In this document: positions 17,975 to 27,374 of the stretch, one piece after another | Layout: every line of letters begins with the position of its first letter | How positions within the stretch are numbered: position 1 is the stretch's first letter | Assembly: GCA_046482545.1 (NCBI GenBank) | Contig: JAWOEX010000037.1 | Span: forward strand, 2,030 to 66,029 | Direction of reading: 5' to 3' | Origin: Candidatus Thorarchaeota archaeon | Lineage (GTDB): Archaea; Asgardarchaeota; Thorarchaeia; Thorarchaeales; Thorarchaeaceae | Length of the DNA: 64,000 nucleotides | Translations under genes and position numbers: made by a program | Notes under the pieces: model-generated | Told to the model about the DNA's origin: nothing | The model's input: the letters and a program-made list of their open reading frames with translations, nothing else | Database searches by the model: none

Positions 17975-20900
17975 CTAAAGCTCCCAATCCAATGGAATTG
18001 AATCCTCCTCGTCTTCATCCGGTTCACAAGACACTAGAAAATCTTCATTGATAGCTTCCAAGACAAGCTTACTCGCCTCAACCTCATTCACACCACAGCG
18101 CGACATACTTTTTGCAAGATAGCTTGGTTTGGCACAATGGCTTTCTGTGCTTTCCAACACTTCCTCCAAGCACTTGTACCTTCTCGGAAATTCCTCAGAA
18201 GTTGCGCGCTTGTAGTGCTTAAGTAGATGCCCATCCAAAGTACTGTCAAATAAAGCATCAACGAGATTCTTTACACTCTCATCTTCTACTTTGGACGGCG
18301 TATCTTCGTATAACTCGTCAATGGCATCGCCTACAGCGACTGCAAACTGCTTCATCTTTGCTTCTTGCTCTTCAGACGGTTTGCTTACAGTAATGAACGC
18401 ACAAATTAGATTCTCAGTTTCGACTGCCCGGATAATATCTGAAATGGGTAATACCTTCCAGCGGGCATCCATGCTCTCAGCGTCAAATTCGGACCTGAAA
18501 TGAGTGATAGCAGTAACAAACGCTGAAATGATGCTTTCATCGAAGCCTCCTTTTAGGATTCGCGAATACACAGGTAAACCACTGGACTTGTGGAGAACGA
18601 TTATTCCGATTAAATCACTAGCTTCATCAAAGCGTCGTTTGATTGCAAGAGCTTCACGATACTCTGCTTTTTTCTTTTTACGATAAACTGCATATATTGT
18701 TCCGGAGATTATTAGAATAGCAAGTATACTACCGATACGAGTACCATAATAGACCAACCGAGCCTGTTGATTCACAAGCGAAACAAGCTCTGCACTGAAA
18801 TCATCGACTGCTTCGAAATTCGTCTTTTCAACTTGTACTCGTAGTCTATAACCGCTGGGATCAGATGTGGGGACAGTAATGGTCGCCACATACAGACCGG
18901 GAGAAGTCTCTTCAGCTGTGCCGGTTATCAGAGCATCTCCTACAGAGGGAAAGATTCCATATAGGACCGTAGCGTTCGTGACTGGATCACCGGTATCTGA
19001 TTCTATCACTCGTATCTCCAAATCAAGAGAATCACCCTCGATGCCAACAAGAGAGGATTCAATCGATACCTCAATTGGCACTCTCACAACCAGATACGTC
19101 AAAATGTAATGTTGAGATTCGCAACCATCCTTGTTGAAAATCAAGGTGAGGCTCTGATTGCCGGTCTCTCCGGGTACTAGCGTCAGATTGTAGAGTCCAG
19201 CTGGGTTTTCTTCAATCTCATATTCGCCAGTATCTGACTGTGAAACTGAGACTTGTGCACTTCTGATTTCACTCCCGTTCAGTTTCAGTGAATATGTGAA
19301 TGGAAAAGAGTGAGCCCTGCCAAATACAAGAGGTTGGATTGGACCTTCGGGAGTTTCCAGAGATGTAGAAAATACTGAATCGAGTTTGATTATGCATGAT
19401 GTATTCCAGAAATAGGGCGATGATACAGAAATATTCATTGTGTAGGTGCCAGCAGGCTTCAATGATGTGTCTATGCTAGCCTCCCACCAATTCCTCAGGG
19501 GAATAGGAGTAAACTCGCATGTAGAGTTAGCCCATTCCGTTGTTACGGTGGTTGGACCACTCATAACCAAATTCCCGTTGTCTACATCCTTCAACCACAC
19601 AAGAAGGTTGATAGTCTCACCCACCTCTGTTTCAATTTGGCTCTCAACTGGTTCTATCGACAACTCATGATGGACAACAAAGGATATGGAACTCAAAGCA
19701 ATTTCAGTGCCATTAGTCCAGAATAGTTCAACTTTCCATAGACCAGCAGTCGTATTTGAACCAGCAAGTCTTAACTCGTGAGATACTATAGAGGAGGGAT
19801 CAACGGAATCAACCGTGGCGTTATGCCAGACCGTTCCATCAGGCATCTTCCATGTGAAAAGCACATCCGCCACTGTGGAGTCTATTGGATACTCGCTTCC
19901 GAGAGAAGAAACTGTTCTTGTGAGATTTCCGGTAGCATACGATGTTGTGTTAGACCAGCTGGACTGTATCTCATCGTAGATTTGAGAAGAAAATGACAGT
20001 GCATAATTGGGAGATTTGAACGTGATGAGCCACCATCCCAGACGGTCCAAAGCAGCCTCTGGAACTATTAGATACTGTTCTTCCATGGTACACTGGTTAG
20101 TTACCTCAACGAGAAATGGATCGTAGACTCTGGCATTGGCCCAATCGATAGGATGGTGTAAAACTAGCGAAAAACTCTCGTACTCTTCCCGTGTTCCAAG
20201 ATAAGTGTAAAGTGATAAATTGGAACTTCGATCAGGGGATATGGAATAAGCTACACCCTTTTCTTCGAAATCAGTAGTCCAGCTAGAATTTTCGAAATGA
20301 TGACACAGTACTCTAGGTTCATGCAAGAAAGATACCGATGTATTCGAGGTAACTGAAATGTTCAATGGGCCTGAATCAGCGTAGTCATCAAAAGTAATAA
20401 CAGCAGAACCATTTCCATTACTACCGGTCACAGGTACCGTAATATTGTCCACATTGAATTCTAGAGAAACTTCAGAGAAAGACGGCGAGTCCTTTGAATA
20501 GAGCGACAAGTCGTCAATATATACTGTAATGTAGGCAGCATTCTCTGTTCCCTGCACATCAGGATTGAGTTCCATTGTTTCGTCTATGAACAGACCAATT
20601 TTCAGGTTGGCAGTATTACCCAGACTTGACATATTAATTGGTATTCTACCGGTGGAATTCCATTTACCTCTTTCAGTAAGGTCAAGGAGGCTTACATTCC
20701 AAATCGGATTCTCGTCAATTAGGACTCTTATGAAACATGAGCCAGACGGTAAGTCACCTAAAGGCCCCCGCAGATAGAGGTGTCTGAAAGACAGAAAAGC
20801 ATCTTCAGCCCCTTTGAGATTTCTGAGTGTTTGGTTCCATAACACATAAGTGCCCGCTGCGTGTATTTGGTGGTTGGTATAACCCTTTTTCTCGCCCTGA

Positions 20901-21484
20901 TTCTCCACAACTACATAACCGCCACTTGAATCATCATAGGCTGCAATTTGTGTCTGATTATATTCTTGAGGCTCATAACTTGTAGCATCCCATCCCCATG
21001 GATGGTACTCCACGCTGCCGTTAGGATCCACATTTGATCCCGGAATTCCGTTAACGAAGCTTCCGTTCACAGCATACAGTCTTGTGAGATTCCAGACATC
21101 CACTTCGGCTCTGCTTGCAACCCAATTATGTTCCTCGTCTAGTGGAACAGCATAGGAGGTGCCAATACCGGTATCAGTCCTACCAGATAAAACACCAGGG
21201 CTTGCATAACCCCTTTGTTCCACGACCAGAGGGGCAAGAATCCCCTCTTCAACAGTATCTTCATTCTCTACTGAAGATTCAGCAAAAGGGGCGTTTGACG
21301 AAATATTCTCTATCGACTCGTTTGGAATTATCGGGCAGCTGGTACCCTGTGGACCATCCAGAGTATGTGAGGAAGAATCTACAAAATAGGCCGGATCCGA
21401 TACACTGGATGGTGAAAAGGATAAGCCAACAAAGATGAGAAAGAGAACGATGGGCATCACGAAGTAGGATTTAGTTTCTACCAT
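17975..21484 (-). CDS. Large single-pass cell-surface protein: signal peptide, beta-rich ectodomain with Ig-like repeats, TM helix and cytoplasmic longin-like domain
   Basis: N-terminal hydrophobic segment; many N-x-S/T sequons; TM IGSILAILIISGTIYAV followed by RKKKK; LIGIIVLHKSSGLPVYSR..DESIISAFVTAITHF longin-like pattern. Start moved to ATG 21484. Confidence 0.75.
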   Translation of the reverse strand: MVETKSYFVMPIVLFLIFVGLSFSPSSVSDPAYFVDSSSHTLDGPQGTSCPIIPNESIENISSNAPFAESSVENEDTVEEGILAPLVVEQRGYASPGVLSGRTDTGIGTSYAVPLDEEHNWVASRAEVDVWNLTRLYAVNGSFVNGIPGSNVDPNGSVEYHPWGWDATSYEPQEYNQTQIAAYDDSSGGYVVVENQGEKKGYTNHQIHAAGTYVLWNQTLRNLKGAEDAFLSFRHLYLRGPLGDLPSGSCFIRVLIDENPIWNVSLLDLTERGKWNSTGRIPINMSSLGNTANLKIGLFIDETMELNPDVQGTENAAYITVYIDDLSLYSKDSPSFSEVSLEFNVDNITVPVTGSNGNGSAVITFDDYADSGPLNISVTSNTSVSFLHEPRVLCHHFENSSWTTDFEEKGVAYSISPDRSSNLSLYTYLGTREEYESFSLVLHHPIDWANARVYDPFLVEVTNQCTMEEQYLIVPEAALDRLGWWLITFKSPNYALSFSSQIYDEIQSSWSNTTSYATGNLTRTVSSLGSEYPIDSTVADVLFTWKMPDGTVWHNATVDSVDPSSIVSHELRLAGSNTTAGLWKVELFWTNGTEIALSSISFVVHHELSIEPVESQIETEVGETINLLVWLKDVDNGNLVMSGPTTVTTEWANSTCEFTPIPLRNWWEASIDTSLKPAGTYTMNISVSSPYFWNTSCIIKLDSVFSTSLETPEGPIQPLVFGRAHSFPFTYSLKLNGSEIRSAQVSVSQSDTGEYEIEENPAGLYNLTLVPGETGNQSLTLIFNKDGCESQHYILTYLVVRVPIEVSIESSLVGIEGDSLDLEIRVIESDTGDPVTNATVLYGIFPSVGDALITGTAEETSPGLYVATITVPTSDPSGYRLRVQVEKTNFEAVDDFSAELVSLVNQQARLVYYGTRIGSILAILIISGTIYAVYRKKKKAEYREALAIKRRFDEASDLIGIIVLHKSSGLPVYSRILKGGFDESIISAFVTAITHFRSEFDAESMDARWKVLPISDIIRAVETENLICAFITVSKPSEEQEAKMKQFAVAVGDAIDELYEDTPSKVEDESVKNLVDALFDSTLDGHLLKHYKRATSEEFPRRYKCLEEVLESTESHCAKPSYLAKSMSRCGVNEVEASKLVLEAINEDFLVSCEPDEDEEDSIPLDWEL

Positions 21485-21673
21485 TGAAGCACCCCTAGTC
21501 CTTGTTGAAACAACCATTTCCAACTGTGGATTGAAAAAGGATACAGAAGACAACAAAATGTTTTCCTATATGTACCCATTTCGTTTTTCCGAATGATCAG
21601 AAATCTACTTCAAACAACTTCCATATGAAAAGAGCAATTTGGTATGATAGTATTATACGAGGCAGTGTAGTCA

Positions 21674-22312
21674 ATGACTAAAGAAAGAAACAATGAATTT
21701 TCTAAATCTCAGACAAACCTTAGACAAGACACACTCACCTCCCTGCCTATTGAATCGGATGTTATGAAATGGTATGATAGCAAGGGAGAGCATTTCTTCC
21801 GAAGTGTAGGTCTGTACCCTGGAAATATTGTACTCGATTTCGGATGTAGGGTTGGCAACTATGCAATACCGGCAGCAAAGGTAGTTGGTAAAACAGGGAA
21901 AGTATATGCGCTCGACAAGAATCATTCAGCAATAGATGAGCTCATGCACAGAGCCCAAGTTATGAGTATTGATGAAATCATTGTCCCAATCAAGACTGAT
22001 GGAGAGCTGGAAATCGATTTGGATGACGGTTCCGTTGATTTCATACTCTTCTATGATGTCATTCGGAATGTGTTTAGAATTGATGAGTCTCTCAGCCCGT
22101 ATAGATGTTTATTAGGTGAATTTGAACGAATTCTGAAGAAAGACGGAGTTTTATCGCTCTTCATCAAACACCTTCATGACGAAAGCCTTACTCCCCAAGA
22201 TGTGCTTAAGACAACCAAATCCTTCTTTGACATTGATGAATCCCAGGTCTTAGATTTGATGCACTGGAACAATCTAGAGGAGGGGACAATACACAATTTA
22301 CGTAAAACATAA
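21674..22312 (+). CDS. Class I SAM-dependent methyltransferase
   Basis: VLDFGCRVG, VYALD, SVDFIL, RILKKDG. Confidence 0.85.
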   Translation: MTKERNNEFSKSQTNLRQDTLTSLPIESDVMKWYDSKGEHFFRSVGLYPGNIVLDFGCRVGNYAIPAAKVVGKTGKVYALDKNHSAIDELMHRAQVMSIDEIIVPIKTDGELEIDLDDGSVDFILFYDVIRNVFRIDESLSPYRCLLGEFERILKKDGVLSLFIKHLHDESLTPQDVLKTTKSFFDIDESQVLDLMHWNNLEEGTIHNLRKT

Positions 22313-22340
22313 TTGGTCGTGACACCCTGGGGGACAACAG

Positions 22341-22973
22341 ATGACTAGATTATTTCTAATCTTCTTAGCCACTTTCCTGATATCTGTTCCATTTCATATT
22401 CTAGCATTGGAGCGCGAGAAGCTAAGAAAGCGGTTTGAAAATGCTCAAGCGAGAACAATTGGGAATGTAATTGGCATCATTTCAGGATGGCTGCTGTTTG
22501 TTTCTTGGGCAGGAATATGGTTTGCACCCCAACCTGACTTCGCTCTATCTAATTTGGTTTTCCTCCTGATTACTGTACCTGTCGTCGGACTGCAACTCTC
22601 GCTCACTCATCTGGTCGTTGGCTTGCCCTTCTTGATACTGGGCACTTATTTCGGGCTGAAGGCAGTATCAAAGCTGTCTGTAACTGTTTCGCAGACTCAA
22701 TTACCCAGTCAGTTTGTTTCAGAGGGGATATACTCACGGTGCAGACATCCACAGTATTTGGGGGGTCTTCTGGCGCATATCGGACTTACCTTGATTATGT
22801 CTTCGCTGTATTCCTTGCTCGCAACGCCGCTTGTCTTCATTGCCATATACGTAATGAGTTACGCAGAGGAGAAGCAGCTTGTGAGTATGTTTGAATCCCG
22901 ATACGAGGAGTACAGAAAGAAGGTTCCCATGTTTATGCCGCAAATCACCAGAGAGGCGTCTGAATCAGAATGA
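22341..22973 (+). CDS. Isoprenylcysteine carboxyl methyltransferase/PEMT-family membrane methyltransferase
   Basis: Multiple TMs; GIYSRCRHPQYLG; EEKQL..F..YEEYRKKVP. Confidence 0.85.
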   Translation: MTRLFLIFLATFLISVPFHILALEREKLRKRFENAQARTIGNVIGIISGWLLFVSWAGIWFAPQPDFALSNLVFLLITVPVVGLQLSLTHLVVGLPFLILGTYFGLKAVSKLSVTVSQTQLPSQFVSEGIYSRCRHPQYLGGLLAHIGLTLIMSSLYSLLATPLVFIAIYVMSYAEEKQLVSMFESRYEEYRKKVPMFMPQITREASESE

Positions 22974-22985
22974 CTTAGGGAAATA

Positions 22986-23225
22986 TTATGCAAACGGTAG
23001 CAAACCGAAAACTATGAGGAGTAATCCTCCGATTGCGTAGTGTTTCTTATTCGTCAGCCTGGCCAATTGGAGCACCGTTCCACCACTACCTACACTAAAT
23101 GACAGACCCAGAAGCACCCAGAGTGTTCCAATCAATGGGAAACCGTACAAGAAAATCCGCAGCGCACCACCAACTACACTATAAATCAACAACTGTTTGA
23201 GGAGATAGACATTGAGCTCATTCAC
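22986..23225 (-). CDS. Small membrane protein
   Basis: 79 aa, mostly hydrophobic. Confidence 0.45.
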   Translation of the reverse strand: MNELNVYLLKQLLIYSVVGGALRIFLYGFPLIGTLWVLLGLSFSVGSGGTVLQLARLTNKKHYAIGGLLLIVFGLLPFA

Positions 23226-23300
23226 TGGAGTTACGTCCGATTACTCTTTGTGTTGCGTGGGTCCAGGTCAATTAGCCTTATTCATCCCCGCATAGAGTAG

Positions 23301-23327
23301 AGCAGGGTTCGAGGGGAACTCCCTGCT
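23301..23327. terminator. Hairpin immediately after the mscL stop
   Basis: AGCAGGG..GTTC-GAGGG-GAAC..CCCTGCT inverted repeat. Confidence 0.5.
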
Positions 23328-23691
23328 ACTTTATGCCGACTCTATTGGCCATTTTTATTATGACAAAGACCAAAAACGCAATAATAATGAACGTGATTAA
23401 GTCGCCTACGAATGCTCCAATCCCGAAAGGACCAAAACTGATTTCTTGCCATTGCACTTCAGGTAAGGCTATCTCCACAATGGGCATAATCAAATTACTG
23501 ACAAGCGACTGGATTAGCTGTCCTAGATAGACACCCAATATGAAAGCCACCGCTAACCCCAAAACCCGATACTTGCTCAGGAATCTTTTGAATTCCTCGA
23601 CGAAATTCTCAGGTGGGGGTTCTGGTGGTGGTGGCTCTAGTAGCATGCGTATTCTCTTAACCTCCTTCAAAAGATCATCTTCTCGTTCCAA
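23326..23691 (-). CDS. mscL: Large-conductance mechanosensitive channel with a proline-rich N-terminus
   Basis: FVEEFKRFLSKYRVLGLAVAFILG, SLVSNLIMP, GAFVGDLITFIIIAFLVF; GGAGG RBS before TTG 23691. Confidence 0.85.
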   Translation of the reverse strand: MEREDDLLKEVKRIRMLLEPPPPEPPPENFVEEFKRFLSKYRVLGLAVAFILGVYLGQLIQSLVSNLIMPIVEIALPEVQWQEISFGPFGIGAFVGDLITFIIIAFLVFVIIKMANRVGIK

Positions 23692-23859
23692 TTCTTTTCT
23701 CCTCCGGGAACTATCACAATAATAGTAGTCCTTCAACCGTTTAATAGTTGTGGTACTTCTCGTTAAGGCCTGATTGTGCAATGCATAGCGACTTAAGGGC
23801 CGATATCACTAAAACTATGACTGCTTGCTCCAAATACACTCCTATGGGGTGACGAGCGA

Positions 23860-24510
23860 ATGAGGCTACGCGTTCTTTACGACAACAGAGCCAAGGAAGG
23901 CTTCAAGGCCGATTGGGGTTTCTCTTGTTTGGTTGGGGATGACCTCCTTTTCGATACAGGAGCTAATCTCAGCATTTTACTCCATAATATGAATCAATTT
24001 GATATTGACTTTGAGAAAATCAGAACCGTCGTGCTATCGCATAATCATCGAGATCACGCAGGTGGCGTCGGCATAATAGAACAACTCGAACACGTCGAGG
24101 TATATGTTCCCAAGTCGTTCTCTCAAAGTCTGAAGAAGAACATATTCTCTTTTGGTAATACGGAGATAGTAGAAATAGACGAGCCGCAACAGGTAACGAA
24201 TAGAGTATATTCCACTGGGGAGTTGGGAAGCGGTCCTAAAGAACAAGCACTGGTAATCCATGGAGACGATGAGTGGACGCTCATAACCGGATGTGCCCAT
24301 CCTGAACTGGAGACAATTCTTGAGAAGGCTGAGGAATTTGGAACAATTCATTGCGTAATTGGGGGTTTCCATGATTTCGGCAGGCTCTACGCACTGGAAC
24401 ACATACCCCTCATTATTCCCTGTCACTGCACCAGTAAGAAGAGAGAGATTCACGATCTGTACAAGCTTTCAAGCAAGCGCTGTGGAGCCGGTTTAGATAT
24501 CGAAGTGTAG
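23860..24510 (+). CDS. MBL-fold metallo-hydrolase
   Basis: VLYDN, WGFS, FDTG, SHNHRDHAGG, GCAHP, GGFH, PCHCT. Confidence 0.85.
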   Translation: MRLRVLYDNRAKEGFKADWGFSCLVGDDLLFDTGANLSILLHNMNQFDIDFEKIRTVVLSHNHRDHAGGVGIIEQLEHVEVYVPKSFSQSLKKNIFSFGNTEIVEIDEPQQVTNRVYSTGELGSGPKEQALVIHGDDEWTLITGCAHPELETILEKAEEFGTIHCVIGGFHDFGRLYALEHIPLIIPCHCTSKKREIHDLYKLSSKRCGAGLDIEV

Positions 24511-24511
24511 G

Positions 24512-25135
24512 TTAGCTATCTGGCCTCAGTGATGCTGGAATCTCTAGTTCGTCAGCAACGACAGTAACAACCTGCATATCATATACCAAATCCAAGATTT
24601 TCAGTCCCGCCGCTAAGGTTGATGTGACACCACCGGCTGTCAAGATTCCTTCATCAAGAGTCACTCGGTCAGTACTTACTTCGCAATATTCGTCCAACTC
24701 ATCACGGACACCATGATGGGTAGACGCCTTTTTCCCTGATAGAATTCCAGCCTTGGCGAGAACTAGTGCCCCGGTACAGACCGAAGCAATTGGGTTCTCC
24801 GTGCTGAAATCTTGGATTTTCGAGAGAATAGCATCATCAGCCATGACAGCTCTGATTCCACTACCACCCGGAATCACAATCAAATCATAGGCAGAGAAAT
24901 CTGGAGTTGTAGCATGAGGGATAAGCAAGAGACCATTGGCACATCGAATTTTCTTCTTTGAAGCTATGACCTCAACCTCTAAAGGGTGTCCTGTATCGAG
25001 CAAGCCTTGGTCTTCAAGGGTTGCCACACAAGCCAGCACTTCATAGATGCCTACTATATCCAGCTCTTCGGCTTCTGGAAATGCGAAGATGCCAACTCTC
25101 TCTATGTCCTGCCAGTTCACCATTTCATCCCCCAC
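24512..25135 (-). CDS. DJ-1/PfpI family protein
   Basis: EELDIVGIYEVL, IPGG, SVCTGA nucleophile Cys, TAGGVTS. Confidence 0.85.
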   Translation of the reverse strand: MGDEMVNWQDIERVGIFAFPEAEELDIVGIYEVLACVATLEDQGLLDTGHPLEVEVIASKKKIRCANGLLLIPHATTPDFSAYDLIVIPGGSGIRAVMADDAILSKIQDFSTENPIASVCTGALVLAKAGILSGKKASTHHGVRDELDEYCEVSTDRVTLDEGILTAGGVTSTLAAGLKILDLVYDMQVVTVVADELEIPASLRPDS

Positions 25136-25153
25136 AGAAATCGGTTAGCGGAA

Positions 25154-26419
25154 TCATTTACTGAGACGGGGTACTACCATCCCGCTATCTCGAACTATGA
25201 GTACATCCATCTCAGGACCTAGTTTCTCATATGCTTTATCGACAGCTGCTTGGAGCGATGCAGCTTTCTTCAGATTGATGCTTTCAACTGTCTCCTGACT
25301 CATCTCAGTCACCATCCAGAGCTCCCTATTCGCAAGAAATGGGGGAATGGATCCAATCTTGTGTGCACCCAGTTCATAGTGCTCCTGCATTTCCTTGAAT
25401 CTCTCGACTAAGCCCTCAACAGAATCGGCACACTGCATCATCTCAGTGTATTCTTCATTTCCAATTCCTCCGGGACATGCAACCATCAGTGCCATGATAC
25501 CTCCCTCTCGAACAGCCATCTTTGTATTCTCGAATCCTTTGGCACCCTGATAGAGGTCGTGGTCCAGGGGAGGATAAACAACGGAGATAAGAAAATCGAA
25601 TTTCTTGTCAATGGAAGGGGCATAGATTTCTTCTGCGAGTTCGGCACCCTTGTATAATTGCTTGAATATGTCACCAGCCACTGCTCCGACGATTCTACCT
25701 TCGCCGTCCTGAATCACGTTGATTGCGAAAGTTGGATAGTCACTAACTAACTTGCCTACGGCTTCTTCCATATCCTCATGGAGGGGGTTGCCCTTTAATC
25801 GAAGGACATTTGCACGTTCACCTAAAGCCATACTGTGATTCCGCTCCACCGTCATGTACTCGGCTATACCGGGCAGGATACTCTTCCGACCTCCTGTGTA
25901 GCCGGCGAAATAGTGTGGTTCAATGGAGTTGATTGCTATCACAGCTTCAAACTCGGTGATTGTCTTGTTGAACTTCAGAGGTGTTCCTCTGCTGGTTTCA
26001 CCGTAATCCACCATTTCGTCATTCTTGCAATCATGCAAAACGACGCGGTCTTTCAATTCATCATAGAACCACCCGAGAATCTGTTCTCGTAAATCTTTCT
26101 CGGTGGGCTTGGCATGGGTTCCACTTGCCACTACAATCTTGAAATCTTTGTCTTCAAGGTAGGGGAGAACCACCTTCAAAATCTCTGGTGTGGGTGTACG
26201 TCGAGCGTAGTCATTGACAATCAATAGAAAGGAATCATGAGAATCGATGAAATCCTCGAAGCGGGGAGCGTCAATGGGGGATTCCAAAGCCTCCTCGATA
26301 ATATTGGGGGCGTCTTTGTCTATATCCACCGCTTGTGGTTCTACCACATGTACACCGCAGGAGTCAGGTATCTCTACAGTCGTCTCTTCACCAGCATAGA
26401 GTATGTCATATTTCAACAA
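25154..26419 (-). CDS. larA: Nickel-pincer-dependent lactate racemase family (LarA)
   Basis: VNDYARRTP, ASGTH, EPHYFAGYTGGRKSILPG, NH, YQGAKG. Confidence 0.85.
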   Translation of the reverse strand: MLKYDILYAGEETTVEIPDSCGVHVVEPQAVDIDKDAPNIIEEALESPIDAPRFEDFIDSHDSFLLIVNDYARRTPTPEILKVVLPYLEDKDFKIVVASGTHAKPTEKDLREQILGWFYDELKDRVVLHDCKNDEMVDYGETSRGTPLKFNKTITEFEAVIAINSIEPHYFAGYTGGRKSILPGIAEYMTVERNHSMALGERANVLRLKGNPLHEDMEEAVGKLVSDYPTFAINVIQDGEGRIVGAVAGDIFKQLYKGAELAEEIYAPSIDKKFDFLISVVYPPLDHDLYQGAKGFENTKMAVREGGIMALMVACPGGIGNEEYTEMMQCADSVEGLVERFKEMQEHYELGAHKIGSIPPFLANRELWMVTEMSQETVESINLKKAASLQAAVDKAYEKLGPEMDVLIVRDSGMVVPRLSK

Positions 26420-26518
26420 GATTCACCAAGGAGTATCATGGTATTCGGCCATAATAGTATAGCCAAATGGGAAGAAAGGGGTTCTCACCCCATTTGACTC
26501 TGACCCCGAGAGCTGGGA

Positions 26519-27295
26519 TTAGAACGACACTACTTCGGCTTTGCGTAGAGCAACTATGATTATGGAAATTGCAGCAACTGCTGCAACTACACCTGCAGTA
26601 ACACCAATGAGTGGATAGCTTGCAAGCTGTTTCATAACGACGCCAGTAGATGCCCAGATGACTACGAGCCCGAAAGCGATGTCTCCCCTCATGAGGAGCA
26701 TGAGAAGGGTCAGAAAGAGTGCAACTATCAGCATGATGACCGTCCACATCACCTGTGTTGGTATTGGTATTCCGGGAATTAGCTGATTAAGGGCCGATGC
26801 AATGCCTGCGATTGTTGCCAGACTAATCCATCCCAGATAGATACTCACAGGAAGCTGCACAGCTAACATCTGGTTTCGTGGCACATCTTTGATGCCGATG
26901 CCCAAGCGGATGTACATGGCAATGAGTGATATCAACAAAAGAACGATTGGAATCACAGCCAACACAATCAGTTCATAGTGAAACAGAAAGATCCAGCTGG
27001 TATTCCCAATGGCACCTAGCAGATGGAAGAAGCTAATATCCTGAAGATACTGCTCGCCTCGTTGGTTTGGGCGAGCCTGATAGAGCATAAACACAGCCAG
27101 GAAGACATAGATTACACCCCAGATGGCAAATACGTAGCCAGGTGGCGTAAAGAGGTTCGGATACGCGTCTGCCACGTCACCAGTAGTTACACCATTTATT
27201 GGTAAGATATTTGCAAGCGAATCAACAACGAGTGTCGCTACCACTGCCATGATATTAGTAACTTGTAAGATAATCGGATTAATTCGAGGTGACAT
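26519..27295 (-). CDS. TspO/MBR-related tryptophan-rich membrane protein
   Basis: DAYPNLFTPPGYVFAIWGVIY, SIYLGWISLATIA. Start at ATG 27295; the ORF-track extension to 27616 overlaps the next gene. Confidence 0.8.
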   Translation of the reverse strand: MSPRINPIILQVTNIMAVVATLVVDSLANILPINGVTTGDVADAYPNLFTPPGYVFAIWGVIYVFLAVFMLYQARPNQRGEQYLQDISFFHLLGAIGNTSWIFLFHYELIVLAVIPIVLLLISLIAMYIRLGIGIKDVPRNQMLAVQLPVSIYLGWISLATIAGIASALNQLIPGIPIPTQVMWTVIMLIVALFLTLLMLLMRGDIAFGLVVIWASTGVVMKQLASYPLIGVTAGVVAAVAAISIIIVALRKAEVVSF

Positions 27296-27374
27296 GCTAT
27301 TAAAGTGATAGATATTGTTAATAAATATATGCGAGGGGATACGTATAGCTCTGTCCAAACCAATAGCAGACACT

